From: Clostridia bacterium
Lineage (GTDB): Bacteria > Bacillota > Limnochordia > DTU080 > RSA5
Direction of reading: 5' to 3'
DNA length: 64,000 nucleotides
Assembly (NCBI GenBank): GCA_002919235.1
Contig: PKEX01000028.1
Coordinates: forward strand, 2,839-66,838
Shown: positions 6,221 through 16,038 of the stretch, piece by piece
Layout: each line of letters begins with the position of its first letter
How positions within the stretch are numbered: position 1 is the first letter of the stretch
Notes under the pieces: model-generated
Database searches by the model: none
What the model was told of the DNA's origin: nothing
The model's input: the letters and a program-made list of their open reading frames with translations, nothing else
Translations under genes and position numbers: made by a program

Positions 6221-8773
6221 ATGCGGGCCCCATGGCTGGGCGACTCGCTGCCGGGAGTTTCCACAGGTCCGGACCCCGCCCGGGCGCTGGCCAAGCGCCG
6301 GGCGCGCCGCCTCCTCCTCGACCGGTTGGGACGAGGCCTGGCCGGGCTGGGGGCAGTGATCACGGTGGGCGCCGTCGCCCTGATCGCCGGGTTCCTCATG
6401 AAGGAAATCGTCCCGCTGCTCCAACCCGCCCGGGTGGAGCGGGCGGGCGTCATTTCGCTGCCCCCGGGCGCTCTGGTCCAGGACGGTTCCCTCGCGGCGA
6501 GCGGGACCGTCCATGCGGCCGGCATCGATGAGTTTAAGGAAAGGCTGTTTCTCTTGCGGGAGGACGGGGTGATCCAGCTGCTCGACGCCCGCACGGGCCA
6601 GCTGCTGGAGCAGGTGGCCCTGGCGCAGCGGCCCGAGCCCGTGAGGGAGGGGAGCGGGGCGGCCGCGCCGAGCGTCACCGCGGCCCGCTATGAGCCCCAG
6701 CGGGGCACCGTCGCCCTGGGCTTTTCCGACGGCCGGGTCGGCGCTGCGCGGGTGGCGTTTCCCGTCGCGTTTGAAGGCCAGCGGCGGGTCGTCTCCTTTT
6801 CCATTGAGGAGAAGGAAAACGTCCAGCTCTTGCCGGAGGGGCAGGCTCCGGCGGCCGTGGACTGGGTGGAGACCCGGGATCGGGTGGTGGCGGTCGGCGC
6901 CGGTGCAGACGGGGGACTGTATCTCCTCGTCCGGCAGGCCGGCCGGTCGCTTTTTGGACCGGCGGAGTGGACCGAGCGCCGCTACGACTTGACGGGGCAG
7001 CTCGCGGGCCGGCCGGCGGCGCTGGCCCTCTCGCCGGACGGGAACGCCCTGGTGGTGGGGGATGACGTGGGGCTCTTGTACCAGTGGGACCTCGCGCCGT
7101 CCGCCGGGCCCCGGCTGGTGGCCGCCGTAGTGGCAGCCGGACCGGAGGCGGGCCGGCTCGTAGACCTCGTGGCTGCGGAACGGCCTGCGGATCCGCGGAG
7201 CGCAGCGCAGTTGGTGAATCCTCCCGGGCGGCTTGGGGACCCGGCGCCCAGGGACCCGGACGATAGGGCCCGCTCGCTCCCCGGATCCCGCCTCGCTCAC
7301 CCTGCTCATACTGATCACTCAGCTCACCCGGCGCACGCTGCTCACCCAGCCGACCCAGCTCTCCCTGCTGGCCCCGCCGTCACTGCGCTGCGGTTCCTGA
7401 TCGGCGGCCGGTCGGTGGTGGTGGGGGACGCGGCGGGAGGGGTGGCGACGTGGTTTGCCGTGCCGGCAGAGGGGCGCGGCCAGGTGCTCCAGCCCGTTCA
7501 CCGGCACAGGAGCCACAATGCTCCGGTGACCCAGATCGCCGCCTCGCAGAGAAACCGCACCTTTGCCACCGCCGACGCCGCGGGCGTGCTCATGATGCAC
7601 CACTCCACCTCGGAGCAGACGTTTTTTGCGCTGGAAGCGGCCGGGGCGCCGGCGGAATTGGTGATCGCACCCAAGAGCGACGGGCTGCTGGCCCTCTCCG
7701 GCGAGGCGGTCGAGCTTTGGCGCGTCCACCTTCCGCACCCGGAGATCAGCCTGAAGACCCTCTTCGGCCGGGTGCATTACGAGGGGTACCCCGAGCCCCA
7801 GTGGATGTGGCAGTCCACCGGCGGGAGCAACGCCTTCGAGCCCAAGTTCAGCCTGACGCCCTTGATCTACGGCACGCTGAAAGGGACGGTTTACGCCCTG
7901 ATCTTTGCCCTTCCCCTGGGCGTGCTGGGAGCCGTCTACACCTCGCAGTTTATGACCCCGCGCCTTCAGAACGTGGTCAAGCCGGCCATCGAGATTATGG
8001 CGGGGATTCCCAGCGTGGTGCTGGGCTTTCTCGGGGGGCTGTGGCTTGCGCCCCGGGTGGCGCAAGGGTTTCCGGCGCTGGTGCTGATGGCGGTCTTCGT
8101 GCCCGGTTCCTTCATCATCGCCGCCTGGACCTGGCACCGGCTCACCGGCGGAAAGCGGCAGCTGCCGGCGGGGGCAGAGGTGCTTCTCCTGGCGCCGGTG
8201 ATCGGTCTTTCCGCCTGGGCCGCGCTGGCGCTGGGCCCGTGGCTCGAAGCCGCAGTGATGCGGGGCGACTTCCGCTTTTGGGTCTTTGACGTCTTCGGCC
8301 TTCCCTACGACCAGCGCAACTCGCTGATCGTGGGCATCGCGATGGGCTTCGCGGTGATCCCCGTCGTCTTCAGCATCTCGGAGGACGCCCTCTCCAGCGT
8401 GCCCCGGGACCAGATCGCCGGCGCGCTGGCCTTGGGGGCCACGAGGTGGCAAACGGTGCGCGGGGTGGTGATCCCTGCGGCCATGCCCGGCATCCTCTCC
8501 TCGGTGATGATGGGCGTCGGCCGGGCAGTGGGCGAGACCATGATCGTCCTGATGGCCACCGGCAACACGCCGGTGATGGACTTCAGCATCTTCAACGGCT
8601 TCCGGGCCCTCTCCGCCAACATCGCGGTGGAGATGCCCGAGGCGCCGGTGGGCGGCACGCTCTACCGGGTGCTGTTCGTCGCCGCCTTGCTCCTCTTCGC
8701 GTTCACGTTTCTCCTCAACACCCTGGGCGAGTGGATCCGCGCCACGATGCAAAGGCGGGTGCAGCGGCTGTGA
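6221..8773 (+). CDS. pstC: phosphate ABC transporter permease PstC, long form with a ~540-aa N-terminal extracytoplasmic extension
   Basis: The C-terminal ~300 aa are a PstC-type permease (six TM segments, EAA-like loop GALALGATRWQTVRGVVIPAAMPGI). The N-terminus has one TM (GLGAVITVGAVALIAGFLM) and then ~480 aa of repeated beta-strand-rich segments. The start codon is uncertain. Confidence 0.85.
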   Translation: MRAPWLGDSLPGVSTGPDPARALAKRRARRLLLDRLGRGLAGLGAVITVGAVALIAGFLMKEIVPLLQPARVERAGVISLPPGALVQDGSLAASGTVHAAGIDEFKERLFLLREDGVIQLLDARTGQLLEQVALAQRPEPVREGSGAAAPSVTAARYEPQRGTVALGFSDGRVGAARVAFPVAFEGQRRVVSFSIEEKENVQLLPEGQAPAAVDWVETRDRVVAVGAGADGGLYLLVRQAGRSLFGPAEWTERRYDLTGQLAGRPAALALSPDGNALVVGDDVGLLYQWDLAPSAGPRLVAAVVAAGPEAGRLVDLVAAERPADPRSAAQLVNPPGRLGDPAPRDPDDRARSLPGSRLAHPAHTDHSAHPAHAAHPADPALPAGPAVTALRFLIGGRSVVVGDAAGGVATWFAVPAEGRGQVLQPVHRHRSHNAPVTQIAASQRNRTFATADAAGVLMMHHSTSEQTFFALEAAGAPAELVIAPKSDGLLALSGEAVELWRVHLPHPEISLKTLFGRVHYEGYPEPQWMWQSTGGSNAFEPKFSLTPLIYGTLKGTVYALIFALPLGVLGAVYTSQFMTPRLQNVVKPAIEIMAGIPSVVLGFLGGLWLAPRVAQGFPALVLMAVFVPGSFIIAAWTWHRLTGGKRQLPAGAEVLLLAPVIGLSAWAALALGPWLEAAVMRGDFRFWVFDVFGLPYDQRNSLIVGIAMGFAVIPVVFSISEDALSSVPRDQIAGALALGATRWQTVRGVVIPAAMPGILSSVMMGVGRAVGETMIVLMATGNTPVMDFSIFNGFRALSANIAVEMPEAPVGGTLYRVLFVAALLLFAFTFLLNTLGEWIRATMQRRVQRL

Positions 8774-10443
8774 ACCGCGGGTTTTGGCGCTCGGGCGATC
8801 CGCTGGTCTGGACCGCGGCGGGAGCCCTGGCCCTCTGCTTGATCATGCTCTTCGGCCTGGTGGGCCTCGTTGCGTTCCGGGGACTGGCGTACTTTTGGCC
8901 CGCGGAGCTGGTCCAGCTGGAACTGGCGGACGGGAGCCTTGTGGTGGGCCAGGTGACAGGGAGGGAGCGGATCCCGGCTCCCGGCGGCACCGGAGCGGCG
9001 GCGCGCGGCCGCATCCAGCTCAAAGTGGGCAACCGGGACGTCTACGGCCTCGACTTCCGCTGGATCGAGGAAGACCTGATCACGGGGTGGTCCGCCCCGC
9101 CGGAGCTGGCCGTGGTGGAGCGGCTGGAACAGGGCGACGCCTACGGCGTGCCGGTGCGGCTGCTCCAGGACGGGGAAGTGGCAGCCCAGGGAGACGAGAT
9201 CCTCGAGCGGCTGCCGGCGATGCTGGCCGAGGCGGCGGCCTTGCGGCGGGAGCTGCGCCGGCTCGAGCGGGACGTGGTGGGCGACATCAACCGGCGGATC
9301 GAGGCGGCTCGCCTTGCTCTGGTACGCCTTGAGCGCCAGGCGGGAGGCGGTGCGGCAAGCCTGCAGGGCGTCGACCCGCACCAGGAGGCCGCGGCCCGGG
9401 GCCAGGAGGCCGCTGCGCGGCACCGGGAGGCCATCGCCCGGGCGCAAGCCCAGTACGAGCAGGTGCTCCAGGAGATCGCCGCCCTGCGCCGGCAGCTCTC
9501 GGGCCGCACCCTGGTCCTGGCGTTGGCCGGCGGCAGCGAGCTTTCCGTCGACGTCGCCAGCATCGTCCGGATCTACCGGCCCAACGCGATGTCCCCCGGC
9601 GAAAAGCTGGGATTCTACGCGGCAAAGCTCTGGGAGTTTCTCTCCAGCGAGCCGCGGGAGTCCAACACTGAGGGCGGCATCTTCCCCGCCCTCTTCGGCA
9701 CCGTCTTGCTGGTGCTCATCATGACCGTGGCGGTGGTGCCCATCGGGGTGCTGGCCGCGGTCTACCTCAAAGAGTACGCCCGGGACGGCTGGTTCACCCG
9801 GGCGCTCTGGATCGCCATCCGCAACCTGGCCGGCGTCCCTTCCATCGTCTTCGGCATCTTCGGCCTGGGCTTTTTCATCTACGGGGTGGGCGGCAGCATC
9901 GACCGGGCCTTTTTCCCCGAGCGGCTTCCGGCCCCCACCTTCGGCACCGGGGGGATCCTGTGGGCCTCGTTGACCCTGGCCCTCCTTACCCTGCCCGTGG
10001 TCATCGTCGCGACCGAGGAGGGGCTCGCCGCGGTGCCCCGCGCGGCCCGGGAGGCGTCGTACGCCTTGGGGGCCACCCGGTTTGAGACGGTGTGGAAAGT
10101 GGTGGTCCCCGGCGCCATGCCCGGCATCCTCACCGGCGTGATCCTGGGCATCGCCCGGGCCACCGGCGAAGTGGCGCCGCTGATGATGACCGGCGTCGTC
10201 AAGCTCGCTTCCGAGCTGCCGGTGGACGGCCTCTTTCCCTTCATACACCTTGAGCGCAAGTTCATGCACCTGGGCTTTTTCATCTACGACCTGGGCTTTC
10301 AGTCGCCCAACGTGGAGGCGGCCCGGCCGATGCTCTTTGCGACGGCGTTTACCCTCCTCGCCGTGGTGCTGGTCCTCAACGGGGCGGGCATCGGCCTCCG
10401 AAACCGCATCCGCGCCCGGATCGAGAAGGCGGGGCCGGGATGA
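8770..10443 (+). CDS. pstA: phosphate ABC transporter permease PstA, long form
   Basis: GTG at 8770 overlaps the pstC stop (GTGA). The protein has an N-terminal TM, a ~270-aa insert with an Ala/Arg/Glu-rich coiled-coil-like stretch, and then a PstA permease core ([25 protein letters not shown]). The track start at 8446 lies inside pstC. Confidence 0.85.
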   Translation: MNRGFWRSGDPLVWTAAGALALCLIMLFGLVGLVAFRGLAYFWPAELVQLELADGSLVVGQVTGRERIPAPGGTGAAARGRIQLKVGNRDVYGLDFRWIEEDLITGWSAPPELAVVERLEQGDAYGVPVRLLQDGEVAAQGDEILERLPAMLAEAAALRRELRRLERDVVGDINRRIEAARLALVRLERQAGGGAASLQGVDPHQEAAARGQEAAARHREAIARAQAQYEQVLQEIAALRRQLSGRTLVLALAGGSELSVDVASIVRIYRPNAMSPGEKLGFYAAKLWEFLSSEPRESNTEGGIFPALFGTVLLVLIMTVAVVPIGVLAAVYLKEYARDGWFTRALWIAIRNLAGVPSIVFGIFGLGFFIYGVGGSIDRAFFPERLPAPTFGTGGILWASLTLALLTLPVVIVATEEGLAAVPRAAREASYALGATRFETVWKVVVPGAMPGILTGVILGIARATGEVAPLMMTGVVKLASELPVDGLFPFIHLERKFMHLGFFIYDLGFQSPNVEAARPMLFATAFTLLAVVLVLNGAGIGLRNRIRARIEKAGPG

Positions 10444-10576
10444 CGGTGAAGAGGCGGCAGACGTCCCGGGGACACGGGATCCGGGCGAGCGAGGGACGTC
10501 GATGCGGGAGCGGTTTGGGAGAAGCGTGTGGCAACGGCAGTTTGAGAACGGCGAGTTCTTAGAGGAGGAATGCCAG

Positions 10577-11449
10577 GTGACACCGGTTCCGCTCCGAACA
10601 GCGTCGCTGCGGGTGGTGGGCGGCGGCAGGGAGCACGCCGGCCCGGCGGGCCGCGGGCCGAATGCGCACGCCTCCGTCAACGGCGCGGCCGGCCCCGCCG
10701 GTACCGCCATCGCCGTCGAGGGCCTTTCGGTCCGCTACGGGGAGACCGAGGCGCTGAGCGGCGTGACGATGGAGATCAAAAAGCACCGGGTGACGGCGTT
10801 CATCGGGCCGTCGGGCTGCGGCAAGTCCACGCTGCTTCGCTGCTTCAACCGGATGAACGACCTCATCCCCGGCGCGCAGGTGAGTGGGCGGGTTCTTTTC
10901 GAGGGCCGGGACATCTACGCGCCGGGCGTCGACGTGACGGAGCTTCGCCGCCGGGTGGGGATGGTGTTCCAGCGGCCCAACCCCTTCGCGATGTCCATCT
11001 TTGATAACGTGGCCTACGGCCCTCGCCTTTTGGGTCTCAAGAAGCGGCAGGTGGAGGAGAGAGTTGTCGAAAGCCTGCAAAAAGCGGCGCTTTGGGACGA
11101 GGTGAAAGACCGGCTGCGCGCGCCGGCGCTGGCGCTCTCCGGCGGGCAGCAGCAGCGCCTCTGCATCGCGCGGGCGCTGGCGGTAGGCCCCGAGGTGCTG
11201 CTGATGGATGAGCCGTGCTCGGCGCTGGACCCCATCTCCACCAGCCGGATTGAGGATCTCATTCTCTCGCTTAAAGAGCAGCTCACCATCGTCATCGTCA
11301 CCCATAACCTGCAGCAGGCGGCCCGGATCGCCGACGAGACGGCCTTTTTCCTCGCCGGACGCCTGGTGGAGTTTGAGGAGACGGCGATCCTGTTTGCGCG
11401 GCCTGTCCATCCGGAGACGGAGAGGTACGTCACGGGGCGGTTCGGATGA
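10577..11449 (+). CDS. pstB: phosphate ABC transporter ATP-binding protein PstB
   Basis: Walker [10 protein letters not shown], signature LSGGQQQR and the PstB-typical [10 protein letters not shown] are present. GTG at 10577 lies 8 nt after GAGGAGG (10562-10568). In-frame alternatives are ATG 10502 and the track start 10250. Confidence 0.85.
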   Translation: MTPVPLRTASLRVVGGGREHAGPAGRGPNAHASVNGAAGPAGTAIAVEGLSVRYGETEALSGVTMEIKKHRVTAFIGPSGCGKSTLLRCFNRMNDLIPGAQVSGRVLFEGRDIYAPGVDVTELRRRVGMVFQRPNPFAMSIFDNVAYGPRLLGLKKRQVEERVVESLQKAALWDEVKDRLRAPALALSGGQQQRLCIARALAVGPEVLLMDEPCSALDPISTSRIEDLILSLKEQLTIVIVTHNLQQAARIADETAFFLAGRLVEFEETAILFARPVHPETERYVTGRFG

Positions 11450-11620
11450 GACTGGAAAGGCCTGCCGGCGGCAGCTTAGGATCCGGGGCTTCCCGGTCCG
11501 CCGGAAAGCCTGAGAAATGCGGGTGAGATATAATGGAATCGACGTCGTTCGCGAAGGGCTCCGCCGGCGCGAGAAGCGTGCGGCCCGTCCCACACCCGGT
11601 GAAGGAGAGACCTTGAGCGC

Positions 11621-12313
11621 ATGGCCAAGAAGATCCTGGTGGTCGACGACGAGCCGTCCATCGTCGAGCTGATCCTGGTGAACCTGGAGGACGCGGGGTA
11701 CGAAGCAGAGGCCGCCTTTGACGGGGACGAGGCCCTGGCCCGGTTTAGAGAGGAACCGTGGGACCTGGTGATCCTGGACATCATGCTCCCCGGGGTCGAC
11801 GGGATCGAGGTCTGCCGCCGGATCCGCCAGGAGAGCCAGGTACCCATCATCATGCTGACCGCCAGGGCGGACGAGGTCGACCGGGTGCTGGGCCTGGAGA
11901 TGGGGGCGGACGATTACATAACGAAACCCTTCAGCCCGCGGGAGCTCTTGGCCCGGGTGAAAGCGGTCCTCCGGCGGGTCCCGGAGGCGGTGGTGAGCGG
12001 GGAGACCGTCCGCTACGGCCGGCTGGTGCTCAACCTGGAGAAGCGGAGCGCCGAGATCAACGGCCAGCGGCTCTCGCTGACGCCCCGCGAGTTTGACCTG
12101 CTGCACCTTTTGGCCCGCAACCCGGGCCGCATCTTCCAGCGGGACTTTCTCCTCGAAAAGCTCTGGGAGTACGAGTACATGGGCGGCACCCGCACCGTGG
12201 ACGTGCACATCCGCCGGCTCCGCCAAAAGCTCGAAGAGTTTCCCGAGTACGCCGAGGCCATCGAAACCGTGCACGGCCTGGGGTACCGGATGCGGGAGAG
12301 CCCGCCGCAATGA
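11621..12313 (+). CDS. phoP: OmpR/PhoB-family response regulator (Pho regulon type)
   Basis: The receiver domain (VVDDEPSI...DIMLPGVDG) is followed by a winged-helix output (LTPREFDLLHLLARNPGRIF...GTRTVDVHIRRLRQKL). The gene sits directly after pstSCAB and overlaps the kinase gene by 4 nt. Confidence 0.85.
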   Translation: MAKKILVVDDEPSIVELILVNLEDAGYEAEAAFDGDEALARFREEPWDLVILDIMLPGVDGIEVCRRIRQESQVPIIMLTARADEVDRVLGLEMGADDYITKPFSPRELLARVKAVLRRVPEAVVSGETVRYGRLVLNLEKRSAEINGQRLSLTPREFDLLHLLARNPGRIFQRDFLLEKLWEYEYMGGTRTVDVHIRRLRQKLEEFPEYAEAIETVHGLGYRMRESPPQ

Positions 12314-13863
12314 AAGGGTGGCTCAGCAGCCGCCTGGTCCGCCAGGCGCTGGCGACCCACGCCGCCGCCGCCCTGCTGGCCGCCGCGGCGGTGCACCTGT
12401 TTTCAGCGGGCGCCGCGGGCTGGGGGTGGGCCGCGGCCCTGGCCTCCGCCGCGGCCGCGGGGTACGGGATCGCGGCGGCGGCCCGGGTGCCGGCGGTACT
12501 GCGCCTGCTCACGGGGATGGTGCAGCGGCTCGACCGGCACGACTCGGAGAGCTCCGAGGAGAACGGCGCCGCACCGGCGGCCGCCGCCGAGGCGGAACGC
12601 CTCGCGGTAGACGAGGAGGCGCTCCGCCTGGCCGCTGCCCTCCAGCGCTTCAGCGCCCGCCGGCAGAGCCGCTTCGGGCAGCTGGCCCACGAGCGGGCCA
12701 CGGTGGAGGCGGTGCTCGAGAGCCTGGCCGATCCTGTCATCGCGGTCGACCCGTCGCTCTCCATCCTCTTTGCCAACCGCCCTGCCTTGGACGTGTTTCC
12801 CCTCGCGGGGAAGAAGGCGCGAGAGCGGGTGCCGGCCGGGCCCTCCGGAATGCCCGCCGGCGAGGCGGTGGGCCGCGATGTCCGTGAAGTGATCCAGGAC
12901 CAGGAGTGCATCGCTCTGATCCAAAAGGCGGTGGCGGAACGCACGGAAGTCTCGGCCACGCTGCATCTGGGTGCCTCTCCGGCGGAGATGCGCACCTATC
13001 ATGTGGTGATCTCGCCCATCCGCACCCCCGGCGAGGGCGCGGCCGGCGCGGTCTGCGTCTTTCACGACCAGACCGAACTGCTGCGCCTTGAACGGATCCG
13101 CTCCGACTTCGTCGCCAACGTCTCCCACGAGCTGCGCACGCCGCTCACCGCTGTCCACGGGTTTATCGAGACCCTGCAGGACGGTTCCTACCTCAACCCC
13201 GAGCGGACCAAGCGGTACCTGGAAATCATGCACGGGGAGACCACCCGGCTCATCGCGATCATCAACGACCTCCTGCACCTGTCGCGGCTGGAAGGTCCGG
13301 CGGGGGCCCTGGCCCGGGAACCGCTGGACCTGGCTGCCCTGGCCCACGAGGTGACCGAGCTGGTGCGAAAGCGGGCCGAGGCCAAGGGGCTGCGCCTCGC
13401 CGTGGACGCGGTGGAGGGCCGCGAGCTGCCGGAGGTGCTGGGCGACGGGGCTGCGATCCGCCAGGCGCTGCTCAACCTGGTGGACAACGCCGTGAAGTAC
13501 ACGGAGAGCGGGGGCAGCGTCACGGTGACGGTAGAGCCGGCGGCGGACCCGGGGCCCGCCGGGCGGGGAAGCCCGCGCCCGGACGGGGCCGGGGGCCCGG
13601 GCGCGCCCTTGGGCGTGCGGGTCACCGTCGCCGATACCGGCGTCGGAATACCCGAAGACCAGCTGGACCGGATCTTCGAGCGCTTTTACCGCGTGGACAA
13701 AGCCCGCTCGCGCAAAGAGGGCGGGACAGGGCTGGGCCTTTCCATCGTGAAGCACACCATCGAGCGGCACAAGGGCCGGCTGGGCGTCCAAAGCCAGCTG
13801 GGAAAGGGGACGCGCATCTGGTTCTGGCTGCCGGCGGAAGGCGCCGGCCCCGGGCGGGAGTAG
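12310..13863 (+). CDS. phoR: sensor histidine kinase (PhoR-like)
   Basis: It has an Ala-rich TM N-terminus, a PAS-like segment, H-box FVANVSHELRTPL, N-box LLNLVDNAVKYT and G-box GGTGLGLSIVKH. A Pro/Gly-rich insert interrupts the ATPase domain. Confidence 0.85.
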   Translation: MKGWLSSRLVRQALATHAAAALLAAAAVHLFSAGAAGWGWAAALASAAAAGYGIAAAARVPAVLRLLTGMVQRLDRHDSESSEENGAAPAAAAEAERLAVDEEALRLAAALQRFSARRQSRFGQLAHERATVEAVLESLADPVIAVDPSLSILFANRPALDVFPLAGKKARERVPAGPSGMPAGEAVGRDVREVIQDQECIALIQKAVAERTEVSATLHLGASPAEMRTYHVVISPIRTPGEGAAGAVCVFHDQTELLRLERIRSDFVANVSHELRTPLTAVHGFIETLQDGSYLNPERTKRYLEIMHGETTRLIAIINDLLHLSRLEGPAGALAREPLDLAALAHEVTELVRKRAEAKGLRLAVDAVEGRELPEVLGDGAAIRQALLNLVDNAVKYTESGGSVTVTVEPAADPGPAGRGSPRPDGAGGPGAPLGVRVTVADTGVGIPEDQLDRIFERFYRVDKARSRKEGGTGLGLSIVKHTIERHKGRLGVQSQLGKGTRIWFWLPAEGAGPGRE

Positions 13864-14052
13864 CGCGGGTCGCGAGGAGGCCGGGCTGGGCGGGAGCAGC
13901 CCCGGCCGCGCGGGACCCGCGCGGGAAGGGGCCGCCCGGCGCGACGGGGAAGACTCCTCTACTGATACCGTGGACGGCGGCGTGCCGGCCTTCGGGCCGG
14001 GGCATCCCGTGCGCCCTTGCGGGCCAAATCACTGCCGGTGGGGGAACGTCCG

Positions 14053-14736
14053 GTGTGCGGGCGCTTCACGTTGACCCAGACGGGACCAGTGCTCATGGAT
14101 GAGCTGGGGCTCCTCTCCATCCCCGAGGACTACCGCCCTCGCTTCAATATCGCCCCGGGCCAGCTGGTCCTGGCCGCCCGGGACAGCGGCGGCCAGCGGC
14201 GGGCGGCGATGCTCCGCTGGGGCCTGATCCCGCCTTGGGCGAAGGAGATCTCCATCGGGTACAAGATGATCAACGCCCGTTCGGAGAGCGTGAGCCAAAA
14301 GCCTTCGTTTAAGCGGGCGTTTGAACAGCGGCGGTGCATCATCCCCGCCGACGGCTTTTACGAGTGGCGAAAAGAGGGCCGAACCAAGATCCCCATGCGT
14401 TTTCGCCTCCGCGGGGGGCGGGTGTTCGCCTTCGCGGGGCTCTGGGAGAGCAACACCCGGGTGGCGGATGAGCCCCTCTTTACGTGCACCATCCTCACCA
14501 CCACCGCCAACGAGCTGGTGGGGAAGATTCACGACCGCATGCCCGTGATCTTGACGGGAGAGGCCATCGACATGTGGCTGGACCCGGACGTGCCCGGCGA
14601 CGGGGTCCGCCCGCTCCTGCGGCCGTACCCCGCCGGGGAGATGGAGGCGTACGAGGTGAGCCCCCGGGTCAACTCGGCGGCCCACGACGACCCCGAACTG
14701 ATCGAACCGGTGCAAGGAGGGCTTGACTTCGGGTGA
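14053..14736 (+). CDS. SOS response-associated peptidase (SRAP/YedK family, abasic-site DNA-protein crosslink enzyme)
   Basis: The start is placed at GTG 14053 so that the product begins M-CGRFTL, the invariant Cys2 nucleophile context of SRAP proteins. FNIAPGQ, MLRWGLIPPWAK, INARSES and PADGFYEW are present. Confidence 0.85.
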   Translation: MCGRFTLTQTGPVLMDELGLLSIPEDYRPRFNIAPGQLVLAARDSGGQRRAAMLRWGLIPPWAKEISIGYKMINARSESVSQKPSFKRAFEQRRCIIPADGFYEWRKEGRTKIPMRFRLRGGRVFAFAGLWESNTRVADEPLFTCTILTTTANELVGKIHDRMPVILTGEAIDMWLDPDVPGDGVRPLLRPYPAGEMEAYEVSPRVNSAAHDDPELIEPVQGGLDFG

Positions 14737-15377
14737 TTCGCGTCAATCCCCAACACTGGACGGCCGATTTCCGCCTGGCCCGGGCTCTGGCAGAGGCGTA
14801 CACCTCCTCGGGACGGGCGGACGTGTGCTTTTTGTGCACCGGGGACCCGGAGGATCCCGTCGGCCGGCTCGGCCCGCTGGTGGCCGACGAAACCGTCAAG
14901 TACTACCCCAACGTCCTCGGCACCAGCGACCGCCCGGTGACGGCGGAGACCTGGGAGGAGTGCATGGCGGAGCTGGCCCAGCGCTTTCCCGGCTGCTTCG
15001 TCATCGCCTTGGAGGCGGGCCGGGGGCCGGCCCCGCTCTTGGGCTCCATCGAGATCACCGACCGGGGCCTCTCCACTATCCCCGCTGCCCGGGACCGGGC
15101 GGGCGACATCACCGTCAACGTCCTGCTGCGGGTGGACGAAGCGCTTTCCGAGCGGTACCAGGCCGGCCCGGGAGCCGGCGGGGCGCTTTCGGAAGGGCTG
15201 CGCCGGGCCGTGGCGGAAGTGGGTTCGGACGAGCCGGCGGGGTCGCCCTTCGGCCGGGAGCGGTTCGTGCCCCTGCGGCCGGAGAAGATCGACCGCTACC
15301 AGGTGCAGAAGCTGGCCGACACGGTGATCGACGGCTACCTGCGGCTCCTGGCGAAGATCGGCAAGCAGGAGATCTGA
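14733..15377 (+). CDS. YyaC-like (DUF1256, GPR-type spore protease fold) protein, divergent
   Basis: The pattern VCFLCTGDPEDPVGRLGPLV...LGTSDRPV...FVIALEAGRG...GSIEI...GDITVNV parallels B. subtilis YyaC as recalled from memory (CIGTDRSTGDSLGPLVG...FVIAVDACLG...GDIHINGIVNV). The Asp-containing GTDR and DAC positions are replaced. GTGA overlap with the SRAP gene. Confidence 0.5.
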   Translation: MIRVNPQHWTADFRLARALAEAYTSSGRADVCFLCTGDPEDPVGRLGPLVADETVKYYPNVLGTSDRPVTAETWEECMAELAQRFPGCFVIALEAGRGPAPLLGSIEITDRGLSTIPAARDRAGDITVNVLLRVDEALSERYQAGPGAGGALSEGLRRAVAEVGSDEPAGSPFGRERFVPLRPEKIDRYQVQKLADTVIDGYLRLLAKIGKQEI

Positions 15378-15456
15378 GCCCGGCCGGGGCCGCGGCGGAT
15401 GAAACGCCCGGGCCGGGTGGTCTTTGGGCCGCGGCGATGGAGGAGGTGCTTTCCGG

Positions 15457-15861
15457 ATGGCCCGGTGGCTGGTGAAGACGGAACCCGAGGAATATTCCTT
15501 TTATGACCTTCAGCGGGAAGGGCGCGACCGCTGGGACGGCGTGCGGAATTTCGCCGCGCTCAAGCACCTCAGGGCCATGCGGCCCGGAGACGAAGTGATG
15601 GTCTACCACACGGGGAACGTCAAAGCCATCGTCGGCCTGGCCCGGGTGGTCTCGGAGCCGTACCCGGACCCGGAGGCGGGCGATCCCCGCTGGATCGCGG
15701 TGGACCTGGAAGCGGTGCGGCCGCTGCCCAATCCGGTGACCCTGGCCGCCATCAAGGCGGATCCCGCCTTTGCCTCCTGGGAGCTGGTGCGGATCTCGCG
15801 CCTTTCCGTGATGCCCGTGCCGGATCCCTTGTGGGACCGGATCCTGGAGATGTCGGGCTGA
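15457..15861 (+). CDS. EVE (PUA-like) domain protein
   Basis: MARWLVKTEPEEYSFYDLQREGRDRWDGVRNFAALKHLRAMRPGDEVMVYHTG...AIVGLARVVSEPYPDP is the classic EVE/DUF55 signature. The start is placed at the internal ATG 15457. Confidence 0.85.
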   Translation: MARWLVKTEPEEYSFYDLQREGRDRWDGVRNFAALKHLRAMRPGDEVMVYHTGNVKAIVGLARVVSEPYPDPEAGDPRWIAVDLEAVRPLPNPVTLAAIKADPAFASWELVRISRLSVMPVPDPLWDRILEMSG

Positions 15862-16038
15862 GCGCCGAAGACGGGCGAACGCGAAGCGAATCCCAACTTT
15901 TCCGGAGGCGAATCGGCGCGGGCGTCGAAGGTGTAAAGGGCCGCTTTGCCTTACTCCTTCCCCGTGCCAGATCAAGGCATCCCGAACACAGGCGGCGTGC
16001 CTGGATCACGTCAAACTCAACCCTGGAGGTTAGCCACG

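Noticed and set aside
10250-10576. The track's upstream extension of pstB starts at 10250, with an alternative ATG at 10502.
   Set aside because: 10250-10443 overlaps the pstA coding end in another frame. GTG 10577 has the best SD spacing. ATG 10502 remains possible but lacks an SD.
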